From an uncultured candidate division Zixibacteria bacterium (GTDB taxonomy: Bacteria; Zixibacteria; MSB-5A5; GN15; FEB-12): 64,000 bases of DNA. The stretch lies in contig CAVTJJ010000004.1 in NCBI GenBank assembly GCA_963735035.1, positions 800,001-864,000 on the forward strand, in the 5' to 3' direction. The position numbers and the translations under genes are program-made. The notes under the pieces are model-generated. The model was not told the origin of the DNA and did no database searches. It saw only the letters and a list, made by a program, of their open reading frames with translations. Positions 21,088-29,455 of the stretch are shown here, piece after piece. The first letter of the stretch is position 1. Every line of letters starts with the position of its first letter.

Positions 21088-21567
21088 ATGGAAGATTACA
21101 CGCAAGTCAAGGCCGACCTCGTCCCGTACACGTCGGAATATGCCGGGGTGGTGCGGTCGTGGATCGAGTCGGAAGAGACCTATCAACTGGTCTGTCGCGG
21201 GATCAATTTCCCGCCGCCTGATGATGTGGTCGAAAGCTGGCAGCGCCAGGGAGTCAAATCGTACCTGTTGATCTCCAACCGGAAACCGGTCGCATACGGC
21301 GAGCTGTGGGAGCGGAAAGCAGAGCAGGCGGTCGAGGTCGCGCACGTGATTGTAGACACCTATCTGCGTTCGCGCGGCTACGGCAACAAGCTGCTGCAGC
21401 TTCTCTACAACCGCGCGTCGGAAGCGCCGGGGGTGCTGCACGTGTTGATCAATCTATACCATGAAGATTCCGAGGTGCTCGGCTGTTTTCTCAAGGCCGG
21501 GTTCGAAATTTCCGGGACCGCGACTCATGTCGAAGGTCTCCGGCTGGTCAGGAATGTGGAGAAATAA
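21088..21567 (+). CDS. GNAT family N-acetyltransferase
   Basis: VIVDTYLRSRGYG acetyl-CoA motif, FLKAGF. Confidence 0.75.
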   Translation: MEDYTQVKADLVPYTSEYAGVVRSWIESEETYQLVCRGINFPPPDDVVESWQRQGVKSYLLISNRKPVAYGELWERKAEQAVEVAHVIVDTYLRSRGYGNKLLQLLYNRASEAPGVLHVLINLYHEDSEVLGCFLKAGFEISGTATHVEGLRLVRNVEK

Positions 21568-21600
21568 CCGCTCCACCTCACTCTTAGACAGGAGTAAGAT

Positions 21601-22455
21601 ATGATCAAGAAAGTCGGTATAGTCGGATTCGGTCAAATGGGGTCAGGGATCGGGCAGGTGGCCGCGGGTAAAGGCTACGAAGTCATCGCGCGCGAAGTCA
21701 CCGACGACCTATTCAAGAAAGGCATCGGCTACATCACCAAGAATCTCGACAAGGCGATCGAGAAGGGGAAGACCGATGCCGCCCACAAGGCCGCCGTGCT
21801 GTCGCACATCAAAGGCACGACTAATCTCAAGGACCTCGCCGATTGCGATATCATCTGCGAGGCGGTGATCGAGAATCTCGACGCCAAGAAACAGGTCTAT
21901 CGGGACCTCGACAGCTTCTGCAAGCCGGAGACAATCTTTGCGTCGAATACATCGTCCCTGTCGATTTCCGACATGGCGGCGGTTACCAAACGTCCCGCGA
22001 AATTCTGCGGCCTTCATTTCTTCAATCCGGTTCCGATTATGAAGCTCTGCGAAGTGGTCAAGACGATTGACACGTCGGATGAGACTTACAAGGCCGCGTT
22101 CGGGTTTGCCGAATCGCTTGGGAAGGCGTGCGTGACGGCCAAAGATTCGCCGGGGTTTATTGTCAATGTGCTCCTCGTGCCGTATCTGCTTGATGCCATC
22201 CGCCAGTTGGAGCACGGATTGGCGTCGCGTGAAGACATCGACAACGGCATGGTGCACGGGTGCGGGCATCCGATGGGGCCGCTGGCGCTGACTGATTTCA
22301 TCGGGCTCGACACGATTCTGTATATTGCGGATATCATGTTCGACGAGTTCAAGGATTCGCACTATTCGGCGCCGCCGCTGTTGCGCCGGATGGTCAACGC
22401 CGGATACATGGGCAAGAAATCCGGTCGCGGGTTCTACGATTACGCGAGGAAGTAG
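21601..22455 (+). CDS. hbd: 3-hydroxybutyryl-CoA dehydrogenase
   Basis: GFGQMGSGI, EAVIE, ASNTSS, GLHFFNP, HPMGP, GKKSGRGFY. Confidence 0.93.
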   Translation: MIKKVGIVGFGQMGSGIGQVAAGKGYEVIAREVTDDLFKKGIGYITKNLDKAIEKGKTDAAHKAAVLSHIKGTTNLKDLADCDIICEAVIENLDAKKQVYRDLDSFCKPETIFASNTSSLSISDMAAVTKRPAKFCGLHFFNPVPIMKLCEVVKTIDTSDETYKAAFGFAESLGKACVTAKDSPGFIVNVLLVPYLLDAIRQLEHGLASREDIDNGMVHGCGHPMGPLALTDFIGLDTILYIADIMFDEFKDSHYSAPPLLRRMVNAGYMGKKSGRGFYDYARK

Positions 22456-22460
22456 GCCGT

Positions 22461-22695
22461 TGCGTCAGAGCCTGCCCCCGGCTTGACCGGGGGTCCTGCG
22501 ACCGATCCGCCGAAGGCGGAGCGGGCGTGTGACCTGACGCATGACGGGGCAGTCGAGACCCCCCGATCAAGTCGGGGGCAGGCACTTGCCGCCCACCAAA
22601 AACGTGCCCGGCAGATGCCCACATCTGCCGGCTGAGAAAGCGTAGGTCGGGTTCACGAGCAACGAGCGAAACGAGACGCGAACTACCCGACATTG
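22461..22695. repeat. REP-like palindrome cluster with nested elements
   Basis: GCGTCAG...CTGACGC enclosing AGCCTGCCCCCGGCTTGACCGGGG; CCCCGATCAAGTCGGGG; CCGGCAGATG family; GTAGGTCGGGT...ACCCGAC. Confidence 0.8.
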
Positions 22696-22731
22696 AGGTC
22701 TGAGTCGCGGTTTCTCTGAGAGGGGTTCTGG

Positions 22732-23463
22732 ATGAATTGGAAGGAAGAGAAAGCCAAACTGCTTCTGGGGCACAAGCTTGAGAAGCAGCGCATCTACCTA
22801 AATCGCGCTCTTGCTGGCGCGGGGCTCGTGCTGGTTGGTATGTTTGCGTATATATTTGCTCCACAGTATGCAAGCAGATTCAAAGAGCACGAGATAAGGT
22901 TGAGCAAAGAAACAGAAATAGCTAAGGAAACCGAGTTGGAGTTTGCACGCCGCAGGCTTGATGCCATAAAATTGGTGGACAGCCTCTACAATGCGACGTA
23001 CATCTCGTTCAGGTTGGGTGCCCTTGGCTTTGGTAAAGACGTGATTGGAGAGAATGGGATCGATAGTCGTTCCCGGTTGGCCGAGGATGTAATGAGGCTG
23101 GGATCGGTGCTTCGGAGGGAAAAGTACTACCTAGGAGATGAATACTGGGATCGCGTCCACATGAGAAATCAGATTTTTCTATCTTTAGTAGATCACAGTG
23201 AGCTCTGGAATCAAAAAATAATAATAGACTTTGTCGAGTGGCTCAGCGATGACTTTGTTCACTTCACTGCTGCGGAGTTCGCGCGCCTGACTGGGTCTCC
23301 ACCACCGAAAGGGCCTTGGCCTGAGTACAAACTTATACAGACGGAAATGCCACGATCCAATGTAGCCGAAATGAAAGAGTCGAGTTTGAACTATCTCAAG
23401 ACCAACGTAATGGCTTGGGGTAAATTTATGGACTCGCTAGCAGCTGTGAGTGATAGCTTGTAA
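22732..23463 (+). CDS. Hypothetical protein with one N-terminal TM helix, AT-richer
   Basis: 243-aa ORF with SD GAGG; no motif recognised. Confidence 0.65.
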   Translation: MNWKEEKAKLLLGHKLEKQRIYLNRALAGAGLVLVGMFAYIFAPQYASRFKEHEIRLSKETEIAKETELEFARRRLDAIKLVDSLYNATYISFRLGALGFGKDVIGENGIDSRSRLAEDVMRLGSVLRREKYYLGDEYWDRVHMRNQIFLSLVDHSELWNQKIIIDFVEWLSDDFVHFTAAEFARLTGSPPPKGPWPEYKLIQTEMPRSNVAEMKESSLNYLKTNVMAWGKFMDSLAAVSDSL

Positions 23464-23513
23464 TTCGTGAAACATTTGTTACATACGTATATAGAACTAA
23501 TGAAGGAACCAAT

Positions 23514-24296
23514 ATGGCTGACTATCAAAATATCCTGATCGAGAAGAAAGGGCCCGCGATCGTCCTCACGATCAATCGCGAGAAAGCTATGAACGCCCTC
23601 AACCGCGATACAGTCGGTGAGTTGCATCATTTCATTACTTCCCACTGGAATGACAACACATCTTCCGTGCTGATCATCACCGGTGCCGGAAAAGCATTTG
23701 TCGCCGGAGCCGATATCGCCGAGCTCAAAGACCTCGATGTTCAGGGTGGGATTGACCTCTCCGCGCGAGGCAATTGGCTCTTCAAGAGCATTCAGAATTT
23801 CCCCAAGCCGGTTATTGCGGCCGTCAACGGGTTCGCGCTCGGGGGAGGGTGTGAGCTTGCTCTCGCCTGTGACATCCGGCTGGCGTCGGAGAAGGCCCGG
23901 TTCGGACAGCCCGAAGTCAATCTGGGCATTATCCCCGGCTACGGCGGCACGCAGCGTCTGGCGCGGCTGGTCGGACGGGGGAAGGCGATGCAGATGATCC
24001 TCACCGGCGACATGATCTCCGCCACCGAGGCGCATCGGATCGGTCTCGTCGACGAAATCTATCCGCCTGAAGAACTGCTGAACAAGGCGCTCGAAATGGC
24101 CAATACGATAGCGTCCAAAGGACCGATAGCCGTGCGTCTGGCAAAAGAGTGCATCAACCGTGGGTTGGATATGCCGCTTTCGAACGGTCTTGATTTCGAG
24201 AAAGTCAATTTCGGCGCAGTATGCGGGAGCTCGGACAAGACCGAAGGATGTGGCGCGTTTCTGGAGAAGCGCAAGGCGGAGTTCAAAGGGAAGTAG
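23514..24296 (+). CDS. crt: Enoyl-CoA hydratase (crotonase)
   Basis: AFVAGADI, AVNGFALGGGCE, PEVNLGIIPGYGGTQRL. Confidence 0.92.
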   Translation: MADYQNILIEKKGPAIVLTINREKAMNALNRDTVGELHHFITSHWNDNTSSVLIITGAGKAFVAGADIAELKDLDVQGGIDLSARGNWLFKSIQNFPKPVIAAVNGFALGGGCELALACDIRLASEKARFGQPEVNLGIIPGYGGTQRLARLVGRGKAMQMILTGDMISATEAHRIGLVDEIYPPEELLNKALEMANTIASKGPIAVRLAKECINRGLDMPLSNGLDFEKVNFGAVCGSSDKTEGCGAFLEKRKAEFKGK

Positions 24297-24485
24297 GGCT
24301 CTTGTAGGGCGGGTCTGCTTCAAACCCGCCACGGCACCGCCATTTTGTGCCGTCAGACGTCTCTGCCTGACGGCCTATGTGACAAGGCGTCAGGTCACAC
24401 CCGCTGCGCGGGCAGGACCTGACGCAACCTATATCGGTGAATCGACGGATAGCATCACTTGAATGAGTTACGGACAGGAGTATCG

Positions 24486-25019
24486 ATGAAGAAATTGGCT
24501 GCTGCCCCGGCCTGGCTGGTGTTTCTGGCGTTCATAGCGCTGCCGCTATTATCGCACAAGCTGGTTGCACTTTGTGCTAACCAATTCACCTTGTCTGGCG
24601 CGAATGCGTCGATCATAGTCCTCTTTCTTTCGGCCGTCCTGCCGGGGGTGTGGTGGTTGTGTCAGGGATTTGTTCTGCATAAGTCGATTGACCTCACCCA
24701 CAAACCAAGCTTAGCGGCGCTGGCCGTCTTCTCGCTGATTCTTCCAGTGGCGATGCGGTTGTCCGGCATTCTCTTCTGGAAGACGCTGGGTAGCGGCGAG
24801 TACGCTTTGTTGTTTTCGATCCTGGTAGGGGTAGTGACTGTCGGGTCTTTTGTATATGTGATGTATTTCTTGTCGAAGTGTCTTGTGATCGCCGAGAAAC
24901 GACTCGACATTATCTTCATGGACTACTTTGAGACGTTTCTGCTGTTCCTGTTCTACCCGGTTGGTATCTGGTGGCTGCAGCCGAGAGTGAAGAAAGTGTT
25001 GACCGATAACAGGCCGTAA
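24486..25019 (+). CDS. Hypothetical multi-pass membrane protein
   Basis: About 5 hydrophobic segments, FYPVGIWWLQPRV end, SD AGGAG. Confidence 0.7.
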   Translation: MKKLAAAPAWLVFLAFIALPLLSHKLVALCANQFTLSGANASIIVLFLSAVLPGVWWLCQGFVLHKSIDLTHKPSLAALAVFSLILPVAMRLSGILFWKTLGSGEYALLFSILVGVVTVGSFVYVMYFLSKCLVIAEKRLDIIFMDYFETFLLFLFYPVGIWWLQPRVKKVLTDNRP

Positions 25020-25070
25020 TAGTTAGAAACCTCAAGTGGACAATTTCCGTTAGACAAGCATGAGGTCAGA

Positions 25071-25964
25071 ATGAATCTCACACGTAAAGCAATACTGGTC
25101 ATGACAATTTCAATCCTCACCGGTTGTGGTGCGAAACAAACGCCTCCCGATCCGATGGTCCTGGTCGTCAATGAACGTTCTTTCGCGGCAGCCGCCGCTG
25201 AAAAAGGGATGCGCGACGCTTTCATCGAGTTTTCCTCCGATGACGCCGTCATGTTCGCGCCCGAGGCGGTTCGGGTCAAGGAACATTATCAAAATGCATC
25301 CAAGCGCCCCGGCCTGCTTTCCTGGCAGCCCATCTATGCGGAAATAGCCTCAGGCGGCGATATGGGCTGGACCACCGGCCCGTGGGAATATCGCCCCCAG
25401 ACCGCCAATGATACCCCGGTGGCGTGGGGGGAATACAACACGATCTGGCAACGTCAGGCCGATTCAACCTGGAAATTTGTCCTGGATTTCGGCACCGCCC
25501 ACGGCCCGCATCAAGGCCAACCGCCGCAACTGGTGCTTAAGGCGCTCGATTTCCCCGAACAGAAGAACCGCGTAGCCACCAATGTAGGGCGTGAAGAGCT
25601 AATCCAGCTTGAATATACGTTCAGCTCGGCGTCAGCGTCCGAGGGACCCACCGCCGCTTACCTGGCACGCATTTCTGATGACATCCGCATATATCGTATC
25701 GGCGAGCCTCCGGCGCAGGGTGTGAACGCGGCCTCAGCATTTCTCGGCTCTGTTGATGGAACCATGACCTGGAAAGTGCAGCACGCCGACGTGTCCGCCA
25801 ATTCCGATCTAGGCTATACGTTCGGTGTGACCACACTGGCCGCTCCTCAAGGAACATTCCAGTTCAGCTTCATGCACATCTGGCGGCGAAACGTCGCCGG
25901 CCTCTGGAAGCTGGCTCTCGATATACAAATACCCCTCCTTAGTGAACAGGAGAAAAAGCCATGA
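25071..25964 (+). CDS. Lipoprotein with two SnoaL/DUF4440-like (NTF2-fold) domains
   Basis: Lipobox LTGC; duplicated pattern W.P...(A/S)..GD.G.T.G ... IW.R.....WK..LD. Confidence 0.8.
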   Translation: MNLTRKAILVMTISILTGCGAKQTPPDPMVLVVNERSFAAAAAEKGMRDAFIEFSSDDAVMFAPEAVRVKEHYQNASKRPGLLSWQPIYAEIASGGDMGWTTGPWEYRPQTANDTPVAWGEYNTIWQRQADSTWKFVLDFGTAHGPHQGQPPQLVLKALDFPEQKNRVATNVGREELIQLEYTFSSASASEGPTAAYLARISDDIRIYRIGEPPAQGVNAASAFLGSVDGTMTWKVQHADVSANSDLGYTFGVTTLAAPQGTFQFSFMHIWRRNVAGLWKLALDIQIPLLSEQEKKP

Positions 25965-26449
25965 GTCCCGACAAGTTGATTGTCGATTTTGCCGCGGGTT
26001 ACGACCGCCTCAAGACTGTTCTCGATCAGACCCCGAAAGAGGCCTACGACTATCGCCCGTCGCCGAACGCCTGGACGGTCCGCGAAATCATCCACCACAT
26101 GCCCGACAGTGAGGCGAGCGCCTATGTCCGGTGCCGGAAGATCATCGCCGAGAGCGGAGTCTCGGTGGAAGTATACGATCAGGATGTCTGGACGGAGAAG
26201 TTGAAGTACGGCTCACGCGATATATGGCACTGTCTCGAGCTGTTTCGTCTGATGCGGTTGGACACGGTCGATCTGCTCCGGACGGTCGAGCCGAAAGTCT
26301 GGGCCGAGAACTTCATCATGCATCCTGAGCACGGCAAGATGACGCTTATGGAATGGCTGGAGATCTATGCCCGTCACGCCGACAGCCATGCGGGCCAGAT
26401 CAAGCGCAATGTCGAGGCCTGGGAGAAGGCCGGCCAGCCGAAGGGGTAG
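25961..26449 (+). CDS. DinB family protein
   Basis: WTVREIIHHMPDSE, YDQD.W, H...H..QI. Confidence 0.85.
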   Translation: MSPDKLIVDFAAGYDRLKTVLDQTPKEAYDYRPSPNAWTVREIIHHMPDSEASAYVRCRKIIAESGVSVEVYDQDVWTEKLKYGSRDIWHCLELFRLMRLDTVDLLRTVEPKVWAENFIMHPEHGKMTLMEWLEIYARHADSHAGQIKRNVEAWEKAGQPKG

Positions 26450-26454
26450 TAAGT

Positions 26455-26925
26455 CTATCTGATTACTGCGCGCAGCAGTGCCAGCTTCTTCACGTGACGG
26501 ACTGAATCCGCGGTTGTAGTATCACGGGTCAGCCGCAAAGTATCGGTCGTCTGATCCAACTCGAAGAACCCGCGAGGGTAGAGCGATGTATCGCTGCAAC
26601 TGTCGGCCGAGTTGGGAGGCACGCTCGTGAAGGTCACTCCTTTGCTCAGAGTGTACTTGCCGATGAAATCACATACAACTCGCAATGACTCGGCTACGCC
26701 CGGAGTCAGTTCGACGCTGAATTCTGGTTTTCGGAATTCGACATAGATTGGCTGTGACATCAGCCGAACCGTGTCAGTTGCGGAATGGATTTCTGTGATT
26801 CTATAGCTGCCAAGATAGTTGCCGTTGAGCGACGGTGGTAGAGGGCAATCCGGACAGTCATTGCACTCTATGCCGAGAGAAAGGATGCCTCCCAAAAGAA
26901 CTAAGAGAAGAGCTGGCTTTTTCAC
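26455..26925 (-). CDS. Hypothetical exported protein
   Basis: SD AGGAGG, signal peptide followed by CNDCPDC. Confidence 0.65.
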   Translation of the reverse strand: MKKPALLLVLLGGILSLGIECNDCPDCPLPPSLNGNYLGSYRITEIHSATDTVRLMSQPIYVEFRKPEFSVELTPGVAESLRVVCDFIGKYTLSKGVTFTSVPPNSADSCSDTSLYPRGFFELDQTTDTLRLTRDTTTADSVRHVKKLALLRAVIR

Positions 26926-27041
26926 TATTCAACCTCCTATGTGCCCCATAAGAATGACGCCTCGGCTATGGTCCTTGTTCATTGCAAAGTAATACAACTT
27001 AGGCTGGAATCCGGCTCGAATTCAAGCTATAATTGGCCTGT

Positions 27042-27680
27042 ATGGAACTGCTTGCCCTGTTCTTGAACTCCTTCGTCATCGGCTTCTCCGGCGCCATGAT
27101 GCCCGGCCCGCTGTTGGCAGTCGATCTCGCCGAAACCCCCCGCCATGGCTGGCGCACCGGACCGGTTATTACGATCGGTCACGCCATTGCTGAAATCGGC
27201 GTCGTGGTCGTGCTGGCGCTCGGAGTCGCAGCGATAGCGTCACACCCGGCGGTCGCACGCACAATCGGTGTAGTCGGCGGCTTGGCGCTGCTCTTAATGG
27301 GCGCTACGATGGCGTACGATACGCTCCGAAAGCGGATCAGCTACGACGTTGCCTCCTCCGGCAAACCGGCCGGATACAAGCTGGCCGGGAAGGGGCTGAC
27401 CGCGACCATGTCCAACCCGTACTGGTTTGTCTGGTGGGTGACAGTCGGTCTGGCGCTTCTGGTAAAGGCGCAGGAGTTCGGCTGGATTGGCCCGGTGGTC
27501 TTCTATTTTGGCCACATCCTGTCGGACCTGGTCTGGTACACGGTGGTGTCGGTGCTCTTGTGGAACGGCCGCAAGCTGTTCATGGGGACCGGCCTGAAAG
27601 TGTTGCTTCTGGTCTGTGCGGTGTTTCTCTTGTACCTGGGCGGGAAATTCATCTTCGACGGCATAACGGGGAATATGTAG
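27042..27680 (+). CDS. LysE family translocator
   Basis: GFSGAMMPGP, GHAIAE, SNPYWFVWW. Confidence 0.88.
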   Translation: MELLALFLNSFVIGFSGAMMPGPLLAVDLAETPRHGWRTGPVITIGHAIAEIGVVVVLALGVAAIASHPAVARTIGVVGGLALLLMGATMAYDTLRKRISYDVASSGKPAGYKLAGKGLTATMSNPYWFVWWVTVGLALLVKAQEFGWIGPVVFYFGHILSDLVWYTVVSVLLWNGRKLFMGTGLKVLLLVCAVFLLYLGGKFIFDGITGNM

Positions 27681-27731
27681 CTGGTAAGTCACCCTTCGGG
27701 TGGGATTACGTTCTAATAGGAAGATCATACG

Positions 27732-27793
27732 TGATCGGCAGGGTTCCAACCCTGCCGAAATCAGAAGCGGCAGGCACGGAGGCCTGCCGATCA
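27732..27793. repeat. 62-bp double-hairpin element TGATCGGCAGG..CCTGCCG..CGGCAGG..CCTGCCGATCA
   Basis: Same element at 34917-34977 and, inside coaX, at 44846-44907; half copy near 37841. Confidence 0.85.
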
Positions 27794-27848
27794 AAGTGAA
27801 TGGTACTCCATGGCTTGCCACGGGATCGCTGATTTCGTAGAATTACTC

Positions 27849-28328
27849 ATGAACTTCACCATCCGCTCCGCCGAAGACAGAGACCGCTCCTGGATGTTCG
27901 GTATTATTCAGGGCTGGGGGGCTAATTTCATCGTCTCGCGTGGCCGCAAGATATTCGCTGCAGAACTGCCGGCGTTTCTGGCCGAGGGTACCGACGGCTC
28001 CAAACACGGTATAGTCACCTACGAAATCATCGGCGACCAGTGCGAGATTGTCACCCTCGACGCCTTCACGAAATTCGCCGGGATCGGCACGGCGCTGACG
28101 AAGCGCGTGATCGATACCGCCCGGGCAGCCGGGTGCCGTCGCGTCTGGGTGATAACCACGAACGACAATCTCGACGCTATCCGGTTCTACCAGAAGCGCG
28201 GCTTCACGATAGCGGCCGTCCACGTGGGAGCGATTGCGCATTCGCGGACGCTGAAGCCGTCGATACCGCTGATCGGCAACTACGGCATCCCAATCCGAGA
28301 CGAGATCGAGTTTGAGATGCAGGTGTAG
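27849..28328 (+). CDS. GNAT family N-acetyltransferase
   Basis: GIGTAL, TTNDNLDAIRFYQKRGF. Confidence 0.88.
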   Translation: MNFTIRSAEDRDRSWMFGIIQGWGANFIVSRGRKIFAAELPAFLAEGTDGSKHGIVTYEIIGDQCEIVTLDAFTKFAGIGTALTKRVIDTARAAGCRRVWVITTNDNLDAIRFYQKRGFTIAAVHVGAIAHSRTLKPSIPLIGNYGIPIRDEIEFEMQV

Positions 28329-28427
28329 GGGAGACTTGCTGAGAAATTTATCAAACTAGGCGCAACCTACCAGAGATCACATTTGCTGTTCTCGTGCTTG
28401 ACTTCTCACTCGCGCACTTTGTAGATT

Positions 28428-29243
28428 GTGTCCGGAAACTATACGTTTCGTTTCTTGGGGTTGGTCTTGAAGTATCGAATGTACATCGACGAAGTAGGGA
28501 ATCCCGATCTATTCAGTTCAGATAACCCGAACCACCGTTTTCTCAGTCTTACAGGCGTTGTCATAGAGTTGGGGTATGTTGGCTTGACGGTTCACCCGGA
28601 GATGGAAGCGCTCAAGCGCCGATTCTTTGGTGCGCACCCTGATGACCCGATCATTCTTCATCGAAAGGAGATCGTCAATGCGAAACCACCGTTTCAATCA
28701 TTGTTAGATACTGAGGTCCGTCGTGAGTTCGACGACGAATTGCTGCGGTTGCTCGCGTCATGGGATTACACGGTGATAACTGTCTGTATCGACAAGAAGC
28801 GTCACAGGGAGAAGTACAAAACATGGCAGTACGACCCGTACCATTACGGCCTAGAGATGCTTCTAGAGAGATTCGTGTTCTTTCTCAATCGGAGGAGTGC
28901 GAAGGGGGATGTTCTTGCAGAATCACGTGGTGGGAAAGAGGACAGAAGGCTCAAAGACTCCTTCGCTAGGCTCTGGGATCGCGGTTCCGATTACGTTGAT
29001 CACAAGCAGTTTGAAGAGGCTCTTACAAGCAAGGAACTCAAGGTGAAGCCAAAGGCCAATAACATTGCCGGACTCCAATTGACGGACTTGGTGGCTCACC
29101 CTAGCCGAAACGAGATCTTGCACGACAATGGGCTTTTTGATAAGGAGTTTCCCCCGTTTGCTCGGTCCGTCATCGCCATTCTGGCCACGAAGTACGATCA
29201 GCGTGACGGACGAGTATTTGGCAAGAAATTGCTTCCGAAATGA
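28428..29243 (+). CDS. DUF3800 domain protein (start codon uncertain)
   Basis: YIDEVG near the N-terminus, LHRKEI, GLQLTDLVA near the C-terminus. Confidence 0.82.
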   Translation: MSGNYTFRFLGLVLKYRMYIDEVGNPDLFSSDNPNHRFLSLTGVVIELGYVGLTVHPEMEALKRRFFGAHPDDPIILHRKEIVNAKPPFQSLLDTEVRREFDDELLRLLASWDYTVITVCIDKKRHREKYKTWQYDPYHYGLEMLLERFVFFLNRRSAKGDVLAESRGGKEDRRLKDSFARLWDRGSDYVDHKQFEEALTSKELKVKPKANNIAGLQLTDLVAHPSRNEILHDNGLFDKEFPPFARSVIAILATKYDQRDGRVFGKKLLPK

Positions 29244-29298
29244 AAAAGGCCCTTTCGGGCCCGATGGCTTTCGCCATCCACCTCCACTTACATGGATT
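29243..29298 (-). ncRNA. Candidate DUF3800-associated small RNA
   Basis: Three consecutive GNRA-capped hairpins on the minus strand ending in UUUUU; TTGACA at 29328-29333 upstream. Confidence 0.55.
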
Positions 29299-29455
29299 AA
29301 CAACAAATAATCGGCAACAAACACCGTTGTCAATACCTATTTCTTGACCTAAATCGCTGGCGAATTCGAGCAAGGCAAAACCCCGTTGACACTGCCGCCT
29401 CACTCGCCTTTAATGTGAGGCACAATAAAGCTGAATAGTCCGTTATTACCGTTAG

